From positions 48,556 through 112,555 of the forward strand of contig JAGCNV010000077.1 in assembly GCA_017645765.1 (NCBI GenBank): a stretch of DNA of 64,000 nucleotides, written 5' to 3'. This stretch comes from a bacterium. GTDB taxonomy: Bacteria; UBP6; UBA1177. This document shows, one piece after another, positions 22,501 through 28,708 of this stretch (positions are counted from its first letter, which is position 1; every line of letters starts with the position of its first letter). Under the pieces are notes generated by a model. It worked only from the letters and a program-made list of their open reading frames with translations, ran no database searches and had not been told where the DNA came from. A program made the translations under genes and the position numbers.

Positions 22501-24671
22501 ATTCAAACAATAACCATGCAGCCGAGCTTTCCTATACCTACAACGACTGGCGCAAAGTGAGCCGCAGAAAAGAAGATTTCACATCACTGAACGCACCGGC
22601 TGTTGCGGATTACGAATACACCTATTCCAAAGGGCTTCACCTTATCGGAAAGCAGGAAAACGAGGAAAACCGCAGGACGGCTTATCAGTATGACTCATAC
22701 TACCGCTTGAGAAGAGTCGATTATGACTGTGCCTACAGTTCAAGCGATCCAACCTGCATGGAAAACAGGAACAATGTCTTCAAATGCAACTCGTCTGAAA
22801 GCGGCTGCGAAGACTTCCAGCTTGACGGAGTGCACAATATCAGATCAAGTTATGAAAACCAGACAAATTTTGCATGGACAGTTGACGGTTTCAACAGACT
22901 CACGCAGAAATCAGACGGCAGCAACACGGTAAAATACACCTACGATTCGAACAACAACATGACCGGTGAAGATCTTGACGGCGACCAGAATGCGGACATC
23001 GTTTACACCTACGACAAACTTAACCGCCTGACAAGCGTTGCGAACTCCGATTATCTTGTCGAATACAGCTATGACCCCTTCAACAGGCGCACTGAGAAAA
23101 CTGTTTACTACACCGAAAACAGCAGCACATTCGAAAGAACACACAAATATGCCTACGACGGCTGGGATATCATCAGCGAAGAGATCAAAACCGTCCGCAC
23201 ATCAGACACCCCAGCCACGACCGTTACATGGCAGCTGCGCAGATATGTCGATCACGGCACCGATAACCACATCATAATGGACACTGTTTCATGCAGTGAC
23301 GACGGCAACGGCAACTGCTCGCCCAACGAATCGACCCTTCAGAGAATCTGGTTCCACAAGGACGAGAGAGGCAACATTATCGCAATATCAGACGGCAACG
23401 GCACGATATACGAGCGTTACCGTTACCGCGTCTACGGCGAACACGAAGTTCTTAACGCAGACTTCACCACGAAATCAACGGCTGCAATCTCGCCGTTCTT
23501 GTGGGGCGGCTCGCTCTACGAACCAGAAACTAATCTTTATTGGATGCGAAACCGTTATTACCACATCGATATGCACCGCTTTATCAATCAGGACCCCATC
23601 GGAATCTGGGGAGATGCCAATAACCTTGGCAACGGTTTCGCTTATGTCGCCGGAATGGTAATCGAAGCGAGTGATCCGAGTGGGTTGTGGAAAGCAATAG
23701 AAAATGCAAATTTAGAAGATTTATTGCAAAAAACAAAAGATTTGGAAGAACTTGTTGATGAAGCATTTAGGGAAGCAACAAATTCCCAGGAAGAAGCTCC
23801 AATATCTTCAGGAAAAAGAGATAGAGATGATAGCTCAGCGCATAATTGGGGAGGAGCTGTTGACGTCAATTTTAAAAATGTGGCAAATCCAACTCAAATA
23901 AAATTGAATTTTGCAAGAATTTTAAGAGATAAGCTAAATGAAAGATATGGCAACGGATTTGTCGGAAGTAAACGTTTTCAGATAATTGTAGAAGATAAAT
24001 CTAATCCGCCTAAAAAATATCCTCCAATAATTGGAGAAAACGGAATTCAAAAAGGTCCTTCAGAAGGTGCTATAGGTCATGTCGTTCATGTCGGTTGGCG
24101 AACAGCAGAAAAACCATCAAACAACGATGTGGAACAAAAAAATAAGAAAGAAATGAAAAAAGATAAGAAAAAACAACAAAATGAAGTTGAAAAAAACAAC
24201 TTAAATAATCCTTCGACTTTACCAGGTCCAGCAGAAGGGCAAGTAAGAACAGTTTATCCCAATGGAGCTGTTGTAGATTGCGAATTTGGTAGTTGCTGGT
24301 GCGTATCTGGCAATTGTGCTGGAGCTATGAATGGCAGTATGCCTTCAAATCCCGACGAAGATTTAGATTTAGTTCAACAATATCTTGCCTTTAACATTTT
24401 GAAAAAAATGCTCAGATTAGCAGATTATTCTGAAGATAAGCCTTTTGAAAAGTATGAATCTGACGGATATATTATGTTTGTTCGGAATCCTTTCTATAGA
24501 CAAAAAGATCCATTAAAGATGATTATCAAAGAAGGTCATAACGGAAGAGGTTTCATGTTTGTCCGTAATCCGTTTGCTGCACCACCGGAATATAATCCCT
24601 TTGCTTCAACAGCTGATTTTTGGTTCAATTCTGACTTTAACAGAGGCAATATTGATCCTTATTGGTATTAG
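16569..24671 (+). CDS. Full-length RHS/YD-repeat polymorphic toxin: signal peptide, EGF-like modules, LRR, YD shell, RHS core, M15-like toxin, conserved tail
   Basis: Signal peptide MKKILLFFVMFFPFLSLFA. At least four EGF-like Cys modules (C..C.GHG.C..C.C..GY). LRR block at about aa 290-380. YD repeats from about aa 1150. The RHS core ends RNRYYHIDMHRFINQDP..VIEASDPSGL (D at 23673-23675), followed by a 327-aa C-terminal region. Confidence 0.95.
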   Translation: MKKILLFFVMFFPFLSLFAGWGADLCEDVTCSGHGECQEDGEDEWCLCDEGYIADGMNCILGCNGVTCSGHGVCSVVSGAEVCSCEAGFHASGLNCILNEASTVDTLAVLNETDCYNTGNCHYRLIFATGAYDFTPALSSLYDIIVNVLDSGNVWHNYRKTVAQCVTEGVCDNVDAQYIDFWFQHNVNGNQYVTVELLGNGDDAYDDMFHDVLIDYCYGVNCGTGGTCDGTSGYPVCSCDEGYVLRGSICEEGWFEDENLAAAVVELLQYDGYEVETETDIDPEMLEGITHLTLRGKNISSLAGIELFSSLAVLDVSENMISDLSPLSNCEELVILNMSGNPANDLSPLSALPLVSLDISYSGVYNINPLVSIETLSELILADMENGRHGIIRPENSTVSEWLLNQEFPGCNKFYFYGSSNSNTFGVGFIETGSNCQAHGSCVNGMCVCDEGYSYSLINNSCYIPNICDAESHPNPATGICEDNKQYIHCGDEPGKKFSYSYLEWNGSEYAFPDGYTNTEPCKIGDGTCDGDNNRSICRWSCETDYTAVGNVCVPRAVREIPDSAYNQLILPHISRQDVSLEPVPGVPSFAPVLNAGFYYSAKKNLEYGWYFDLPRVELNLNERGYTLTSYEWDQKTVYVYMPWGKEEYSIEAEKKCLDSDNYPVDCETSPDIDRLEITYYPAPGQNLFSYVVLETTGEAYGFNFGVDRNDWWKITRYGEDGSVTEFSRNYNKNGNEEVVPRPNFFSFMDYIPISKHVTRDKKETSFSYEWGLVKRMYTQSVHFYYIIRSATIVDPLKRVIKIESSDPELSDSETQEYGLMGRPGSYFLVYTPLEGDVEISVGRADHDGEVIESTLKKVVKYSNIDGFSMDAKIYKDEHLYRKDRYSIDDSNKNLFVLDSYAVISVNSFPLDSSVGRMTWEFTKENDNPDGYVERKLVNSDDPNDPEYIVKTVKGKFYQPRQKIYPSEYSLSYSPLKTETIYSHEKSGSSDKKRIVEDYFTEWLQPAKRWICERDYDDDEKNCDGISNTVSESIKYNVSGSPIYFKNADGQVTVNIYNTTDEVSPGNYIVHFLSDPWNYSNAVNLNVNLPTPDFIRADNLHKTGTLACSSVYSLDTGSVGGMMLNYVAYGITPNSDFCSSSENKRVTNYVWKEEASGKPYDLKTVTYPDGKEQEFTYDYEMTADGVGKIRGETVTGSNNQNTLQTCYKYDNNYQLIEQGIGLPGPDCSKKKGFSFSGEGGLLMTHDYSFDENNTPVLANDYIYDYLGRKLVERNSAGVSTVYVYDSLDRVVFTFFGCNVDNFAFENRVYTPYSFDGDASAGVTGSGVTFDYNRGEFPYARYINLNSCEYYRKYTYDTMSNLTETYFFEYWGVNANNQVVQLDSPKIIKQTTEYDMLGRAVKSCQFDGSTANPTDDDKRCIETEHDIFGNIVKKKENGEVRTITYDLRNRPLTVTVDGLQTEQYFYHNETCDTYCGYDEIANKYGTTNTLKTYKDRWGRAAKSVDPFGNNVEPHYNSTTWLTDYSKTYNGTTLTSFDAYEYDDLGRVSTIKKVLFDPASNTSNAAATSINSIAAKEMVIEKSYSYDLDTGSVVAIEDSLGRESVNTYDHLNRVVEVKNYDADNLLVSSERTAYDASGRISAVQNWTSAKTTVTEYDYDRMGRVTATCVSTANVPETQDCLANSCTFTDTKCSYQLYNTGGQVVWSADTERGEITNLLPFLNMSLFVGNETVYSYNAFGEVVKTARRMTANGSGGGYKETQLYNSDGWITTNYTYDIFGRNTEKADDNGSKTHYTYTANNLPATETYCGSSDSNCASPREVTYTYNTLRDLVSETYEQDNVSLTVNYGRDNYGRISQKYTGTTATDVYQTFTYNNRNLLETAKSVDPTNTTSTLSEVTRTYDSFGNIKSETFDSGTVSSAISWNSSTKVMTETTTLPTGKNIVETAFSGLPEALEYDGTKLLQYNYGTGNVLTSIRKNFDSNNNHAAELSYTYNDWRKVSRRKEDFTSLNAPAVADYEYTYSKGLHLIGKQENEENRRTAYQYDSYYRLRRVDYDCAYSSSDPTCMENRNNVFKCNSSESGCEDFQLDGVHNIRSSYENQTNFAWTVDGFNRLTQKSDGSNTVKYTYDSNNNMTGEDLDGDQNADIVYTYDKLNRLTSVANSDYLVEYSYDPFNRRTEKTVYYTENSSTFERTHKYAYDGWDIISEEIKTVRTSDTPATTVTWQLRRYVDHGTDNHIIMDTVSCSDDGNGNCSPNESTLQRIWFHKDERGNIIAISDGNGTIYERYRYRVYGEHEVLNADFTTKSTAAISPFLWGGSLYEPETNLYWMRNRYYHIDMHRFINQDPIGIWGDANNLGNGFAYVAGMVIEASDPSGLWKAIENANLEDLLQKTKDLEELVDEAFREATNSQEEAPISSGKRDRDDSSAHNWGGAVDVNFKNVANPTQIKLNFARILRDKLNERYGNGFVGSKRFQIIVEDKSNPPKKYPPIIGENGIQKGPSEGAIGHVVHVGWRTAEKPSNNDVEQKNKKEMKKDKKKQQNEVEKNNLNNPSTLPGPAEGQVRTVYPNGAVVDCEFGSCWCVSGNCAGAMNGSMPSNPDEDLDLVQQYLAFNILKKMLRLADYSEDKPFEKYESDGYIMFVRNPFYRQKDPLKMIIKEGHNGRGFMFVRNPFAAPPEYNPFASTADFWFNSDFNRGNIDPYWY
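22284..23687 (+). repeat. 1.4-kb RHS-core segment duplicated in orphan 1 (copy A)
   Basis: aa KSETFDSGTVSSAISWNSS...VIEASDPSGL are colinear, without indels, with 26450-27853. Most residues are identical in the ORF-track translations. Confidence 0.9.
24375..24668 (+). other. Conserved post-toxin tail module, copy 1 (main RHS)
   Basis: QQYLAFNILKKML..YIMFVRNPFYRQKDPLKMI..FMFVRNPFAAPPEY..NIDPYWY. It shares a pattern with five other copies in the locus. Confidence 0.8.
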
Positions 24672-24680
24672 GAGGTATTT

Positions 24681-25133
24681 ATGAAAACATTTTTTATTTT
24701 TATGCTTACTTTTTTGATTTCGCTCTCTGTTTTTGGAAAAGAAAAGACAGAAAAACAACGCAATTTTAATTTGTCTGGGAAAACTTTTCAAAGTATCTGC
24801 GAAGGCGAACTTTCCACAAAAATCATTTTTCTAAGCAACAAAAAAGCTGAGTTCGTTTTCCATGAATTCTGGTCGGAAGATGGTGACAACGGCGGAGAAG
24901 TAACCTATTCATCAACAGTCGATTACAAAGTGGACGGTGACAAAATTCTGGTTGAACGCGTCGGGATAAAATATGTTTTCTCATATTCAGAACTTAAAGA
25001 TTATCCGAATTCTGCAAAAGGATTGCAGTTGATATCATTGACAGGAACGGGGGATAAGTTTTTCAACGCTGAAGGATGTCAGAAAATAATGGTGGAAACA
25101 AAAAGCCTGGGCAATGCAAAAAAGAAAAAGTAA
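24681..25133 (+). CDS. Putative exported immunity protein for the main RHS toxin
   Basis: 150 aa with a signal peptide (MKTFFIFMLTFLISLSVFG). It starts 10 nt after the RHS stop. The call rests on position and size only. Confidence 0.6.
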   Translation: MKTFFIFMLTFLISLSVFGKEKTEKQRNFNLSGKTFQSICEGELSTKIIFLSNKKAEFVFHEFWSEDGDNGGEVTYSSTVDYKVDGDKILVERVGIKYVFSYSELKDYPNSAKGLQLISLTGTGDKFFNAEGCQKIMVETKSLGNAKKKK

Positions 25134-25362
25134 TTACAACAGTATTGGTCCCAACGGAGCAATTAAAATTTACCGAAATCCATACTATGTGAACAAAGAC
25201 CCATTGAAAACTATCTTGTTTGATGGCAATAACGGTTCTGGTAAGCCCATGCTTTATAGAAACCCGTTTGCACCTGGAGCTGAATATGGTTATGATGCAA
25301 CAACTTACGAGCAATGGCTGAATAAAGGGTTTGTCCAGCCGGAGGTGGATCCATGGAAATAA
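25114..25362 (+). CDS. Tail-only mini-ORF (stand-alone copy of the post-toxin tail module; possible cassette relic)
   Basis: 82 aa: ..GAIKIYRNPYYVNKDPLKTILFDGNNGSGKPMLYRNPFAPGAEYGYDATTYEQWLNKGFVQPEVDPWK. It overlaps the preceding gene by 20 nt and the next by 10 nt. Confidence 0.5.
   Translation: MQKRKSNYNSIGPNGAIKIYRNPYYVNKDPLKTILFDGNNGSGKPMLYRNPFAPGAEYGYDATTYEQWLNKGFVQPEVDPWK
25144..25359 (+). other. Conserved post-toxin tail module, copy 2 (stand-alone)
   Basis: It shows the NPYY / DPLK / RNPFAPGAEYGYD / VDPW motif series in the same order as the other copies. Confidence 0.75.
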
Positions 25363-26447
25363 AATCAGAAAATAATTTTTGCAAGGCTTTATTTTTAGGT
25401 TTTATCTGGTTTTTCAGAAAAAGGATGTATTTGGAAGGAGCGATTCTTTTCATAATATCTTTTTGCACAACAATTCTGATTTTTTCGGTTTCACTCCCAG
25501 CTTTTGCTGATTTGAATCTTGAAGTTTTTGTATGGCTGCCGCTATTTTTCGTGCCTAACTTTGTTTTTGCTTTTTTTGCCGACACAAGACTTGAAAAGAA
25601 ATTAAAGCAATTTGCGGAAAACCCTTCAAAAAAGCGGTCAGAAGTGCTGAATGTCATAATCACAACATTTGCTGTAATCTTGTATCTCGTAATGATACCG
25701 GCATACCTTCCTCTTTATGACAATGTTTATGATCACTGTATGACTCTGGAGCCAACAGGTAAATACAACACATTTTGTGAATGTGGATTCGTTCAGGAGA
25801 TAATTTTTTTCACGGATCACAGTTTGGAATATATTGAATATTCCGAAGATACAGATTCCCACACACGAATGAAATGGGAAAGAAACCACAATTTTATAAC
25901 TACTTCCAATTCTATCAATTATGGAGATCAAGTTCTTGAGATTATTCCGAATTTTCCGGTAAATAAAAAGGCTGCAGTTACTATTGGTTTTGATGAAAAG
26001 GTTATGGAACAAAATGAAGCTTGTATCGCCAAAGAGACTGTTTTATTGACAAAAGGTGATTTTTCTGTTGTCAAACCGGAGACCTATTTCTTTAAAAATT
26101 ACGATTACGATTACTTCAAGACTTTAAAATGTAAAAAAGACAAAAACCTTTTTGTCAAAAGGCTGATATATTCAGCAAAGTTCTTTAAAGATGATGATTT
26201 TGTTCTGGATACGCTGAAAAACATAGATTTAAAAACTCTTGACCTTAATTCTGTTGATAATGATGGTTTGACCGCTCTTTATGCAGCCGTTGACTGTGGT
26301 TTTAATAAAACTTTAGAGCTGCTTTTGGAAAACGGTGCTAATCCGAATCTGAAAAATCAGAACGGTTGCAATCCTTTGGGACTTGCCCAGCAAGAGGAAC
26401 TTAAAAATACTGAGTCAATATTGAGAAAATACGGGGCAAAAGAGTGA
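25353..26447 (+). CDS. Membrane protein with C-terminal ankyrin repeats (immunity-like)
   Basis: 364 aa. Several N-terminal hydrophobic helices. Ankyrin consensus near the C-terminus (DNDGLTALYAAVDCGFNKTLELLLENGANPNLKNQNGCNPL). Confidence 0.65.
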   Translation: MEIKSENNFCKALFLGFIWFFRKRMYLEGAILFIISFCTTILIFSVSLPAFADLNLEVFVWLPLFFVPNFVFAFFADTRLEKKLKQFAENPSKKRSEVLNVIITTFAVILYLVMIPAYLPLYDNVYDHCMTLEPTGKYNTFCECGFVQEIIFFTDHSLEYIEYSEDTDSHTRMKWERNHNFITTSNSINYGDQVLEIIPNFPVNKKAAVTIGFDEKVMEQNEACIAKETVLLTKGDFSVVKPETYFFKNYDYDYFKTLKCKKDKNLFVKRLIYSAKFFKDDDFVLDTLKNIDLKTLDLNSVDNDGLTALYAAVDCGFNKTLELLLENGANPNLKNQNGCNPLGLAQQEELKNTESILRKYGAKE

Positions 26448-28699
26448 TCAAATCAGAAACCTTTGACTCAGGCACGGTATCAAGTGCTATAGCATGGAAT
26501 CCCACCACAAAAGTGATGAGCGAAACTATCACGCTTCCGAGCGGAAAGAACATTGTCGAAACGACTCTCAAGGGACTTCCGGAAACTCTTGAATACGACG
26601 GATCAAAACTCCTGCAGTATAATTACGGCACAGGAAATGTCCTGAGCTCGATCCACAAGAATTTTGATTCAAACAATAACCATGCAGCCGAGCTTTCCTA
26701 TACCTACAACGACTGGCGCAAAGTCAGCCGCAGAAAAGAAGATTTCACATCGCTGAATACTCCTACTGTCGCAGATTATGAATATACCTATTCCAAAGGG
26801 CTTCACCTCATCGGGAAGCAGGAAAACGAGGAAAACCGCAGAACTGCTTATCAGTATGATTCATATTACCGCTTGAGAAGAGTTGATTACGACTGTGATT
26901 ACACCGCAAGCGATCCTACCTGCATAGAAAGCAGGAACAATGTTTTCAAATGCGACTCGTCTGAAACCGATTGCGAGGACTTCCAGCTTGACGGAGTCCA
27001 CAACATCATGGCGAGCCGAGAAAATCAGACCGATTTCACCTGGACGGTTGACGGATTCAACAGACTCACAGAGAAATCGTGGAATAGCAACAGGATCACT
27101 TATAGCTATGATTCAAATAACAATCTTGTTTCTGAAGATTTCGACGGCAGTAATCCTCCGGAAATTGTCTACACTTACGACAAACTTAACCGTCTGACAA
27201 GCGTCACGAACTCTGATTATTTTGTTGAATACAGCTATGATCCCTTCAACAGGCGCACTGAGAAAACTGTTTACTACACCGAAAACAGCGATACTTATGA
27301 AGAGACGCACAAATACGCTTACGACGGCTGGGATATCATCAGCGAAGAGATCAAAACCGTCCGCACATCAGACACACCAGCCACGACCGTTACATGGCAG
27401 CTGCGCAGATATGTTGATCAGGGCACCGATAACCACATCATAATGGACACCGTTTCATGCAGTGACGACGGCAACGGCAACTGCTCGCCGAACGAACCGA
27501 CCCTTCAAAGGATCTGGTTCCACAAGGATGAGCGCGGCAACGTCATAGCGATATCAAATGGAAACGGCACGATATACGAGCGTTACCGTTACCGCGTCTA
27601 CGGAGAACATGAAGTTCTGAACGCCGACTTCACACCGAAATCGACAGCGGCACTATCGCCTTTCCTCTGGGGCGGCTCACTCTACGAACCCGAAACCAAC
27701 CTTTATTGGATGCGCAACCGTTATTACCACATTGATATGCACCGCTTCATCAATCAGGATCCCATCGGAATCTGGGGAGATGCCAACAACTTAGGTAATG
27801 GTTTCGCCTATGTCGCAGGAATGGTAATTGAAGCAAGTGATCCGAGTGGGTTGGACGTTACAATAGTTGGTGATGATTTGGTACAAATAATAGAAAATGC
27901 ATGTAAAAATTCAGACAGAGCTTCTGCGATATTTGCTTTTTTAAACGCTGACGATAGTGTAAATGTAACAATTTATTCCACATCATCTGATTCTATTATT
28001 GATTATGATATAGATGAAGAAACAGGAGAGCGTATACCTGTAAGTTTACAAGACATGGGTGGGGCAGTAACTATTTCCAAAGAATCCGGTTCTATCGAAA
28101 TCATAATATCAAAAGATATTGTAAAATCTGGTAAAGCTAATGCTGTAAGTGGAGAAATTGATGCCGAAGCAGTCTTTGCACATGAAGGTTCACACGCTGT
28201 TGATATTGCCAACAAAAAAAGTAGTAAAAAAACTAAAGACCTAGAAGAAGCCTACGCTGTTGCTATGGAAGTAGAGGCTCAAGATGAATTGGATGAAGCT
28301 AAAAAAAATGAAGAGGAAAAAAAGGACAAAGGTGGAGAAAAATATCCCAGCGATCCTGACAATTCAAACGATTCTCATCAACAAAAACTGATGGAAAGTA
28401 TGCTCTCCAAAATATTGAGAAACAGCGATTTTTCAATTTATGAACAGGGGCCAGTTGTCAAAATCCAAGTTGAAACTGCATCAGGCAATCCAAAATGGGT
28501 TTTTGTGTTTAACCCGTTCTACAAAGGTAAAGATCCTATGAAACAGATCTTCTGGAAAACTAAAAATGCTGATGGAACAAATGGTTTTGTCAGAAATCCT
28601 TTTGCTCCAGGTGCTGAATATGGCTACGATGCTACGACATACGAGAAATTTCAGCAATCTGGATTCCCGCAAACAAATGTAGATCCGTATTTTGAGTAG
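26444..28699 (+). CDS. Orphan RHS C-terminal fragment 1: RHS core, HExxH toxin, conserved tail
   Basis: It starts at a GTG overlapping the stop of the ankyrin gene (GTGA). The first 465 aa are near-identical to aa 1906-2373 of the main RHS. DPSGL is at 27839-27853. It carries a unique domain with AHEGSHA (28181-28195). Confidence 0.85.
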   Translation: MIKSETFDSGTVSSAIAWNPTTKVMSETITLPSGKNIVETTLKGLPETLEYDGSKLLQYNYGTGNVLSSIHKNFDSNNNHAAELSYTYNDWRKVSRRKEDFTSLNTPTVADYEYTYSKGLHLIGKQENEENRRTAYQYDSYYRLRRVDYDCDYTASDPTCIESRNNVFKCDSSETDCEDFQLDGVHNIMASRENQTDFTWTVDGFNRLTEKSWNSNRITYSYDSNNNLVSEDFDGSNPPEIVYTYDKLNRLTSVTNSDYFVEYSYDPFNRRTEKTVYYTENSDTYEETHKYAYDGWDIISEEIKTVRTSDTPATTVTWQLRRYVDQGTDNHIIMDTVSCSDDGNGNCSPNEPTLQRIWFHKDERGNVIAISNGNGTIYERYRYRVYGEHEVLNADFTPKSTAALSPFLWGGSLYEPETNLYWMRNRYYHIDMHRFINQDPIGIWGDANNLGNGFAYVAGMVIEASDPSGLDVTIVGDDLVQIIENACKNSDRASAIFAFLNADDSVNVTIYSTSSDSIIDYDIDEETGERIPVSLQDMGGAVTISKESGSIEIIISKDIVKSGKANAVSGEIDAEAVFAHEGSHAVDIANKKSSKKTKDLEEAYAVAMEVEAQDELDEAKKNEEEKKDKGGEKYPSDPDNSNDSHQQKLMESMLSKILRNSDFSIYEQGPVVKIQVETASGNPKWVFVFNPFYKGKDPMKQIFWKTKNADGTNGFVRNPFAPGAEYGYDATTYEKFQQSGFPQTNVDPYFE
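26450..27853 (+). repeat. 1.4-kb RHS-core segment (copy B of 22284-23687)
   Basis: Same length as copy A and colinear with it. Homology begins within a few nt of the upstream gene's stop codon. Confidence 0.9.
28376..28696 (+). other. Conserved post-toxin tail module, copy 3 (orphan 1)
   Basis: HQQKLMESMLSKILRNSDFSIYEQGPVVKIQVETASGNPKWVFVFNPFYKGKDPMKQIFW..FVRNPFAPGAEYGYDATTYEKFQQSGFPQTNVDPYFE. Confidence 0.8.
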
Positions 28700-28708
28700 G
28701 AGAAATAA

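Noticed and set aside
24375-24668. Tail motifs resemble eukaryotic endocytic short linear motifs (FxNPxY, NPF, DP[FWY])
   Set aside because: The resemblance is real at the string level: each tail has one NP[FY]Y, one or two NPF and one or two DP[YW]. But the motifs are 3-6 residues long and could arise by chance. The first toxin also looks like a peptidoglycan peptidase with an exported immunity protein, which points to bacterial targets. I keep it only as a remote alternative.
16569-24671. T6SS-delivered Rhs effector
   Set aside because: No PAAR, VgrG, Hcp, DUF1795/EagR chaperone or T6SS structural gene lies in the window. The protein also has a classical N-terminal signal peptide. I cannot exclude distant loci.
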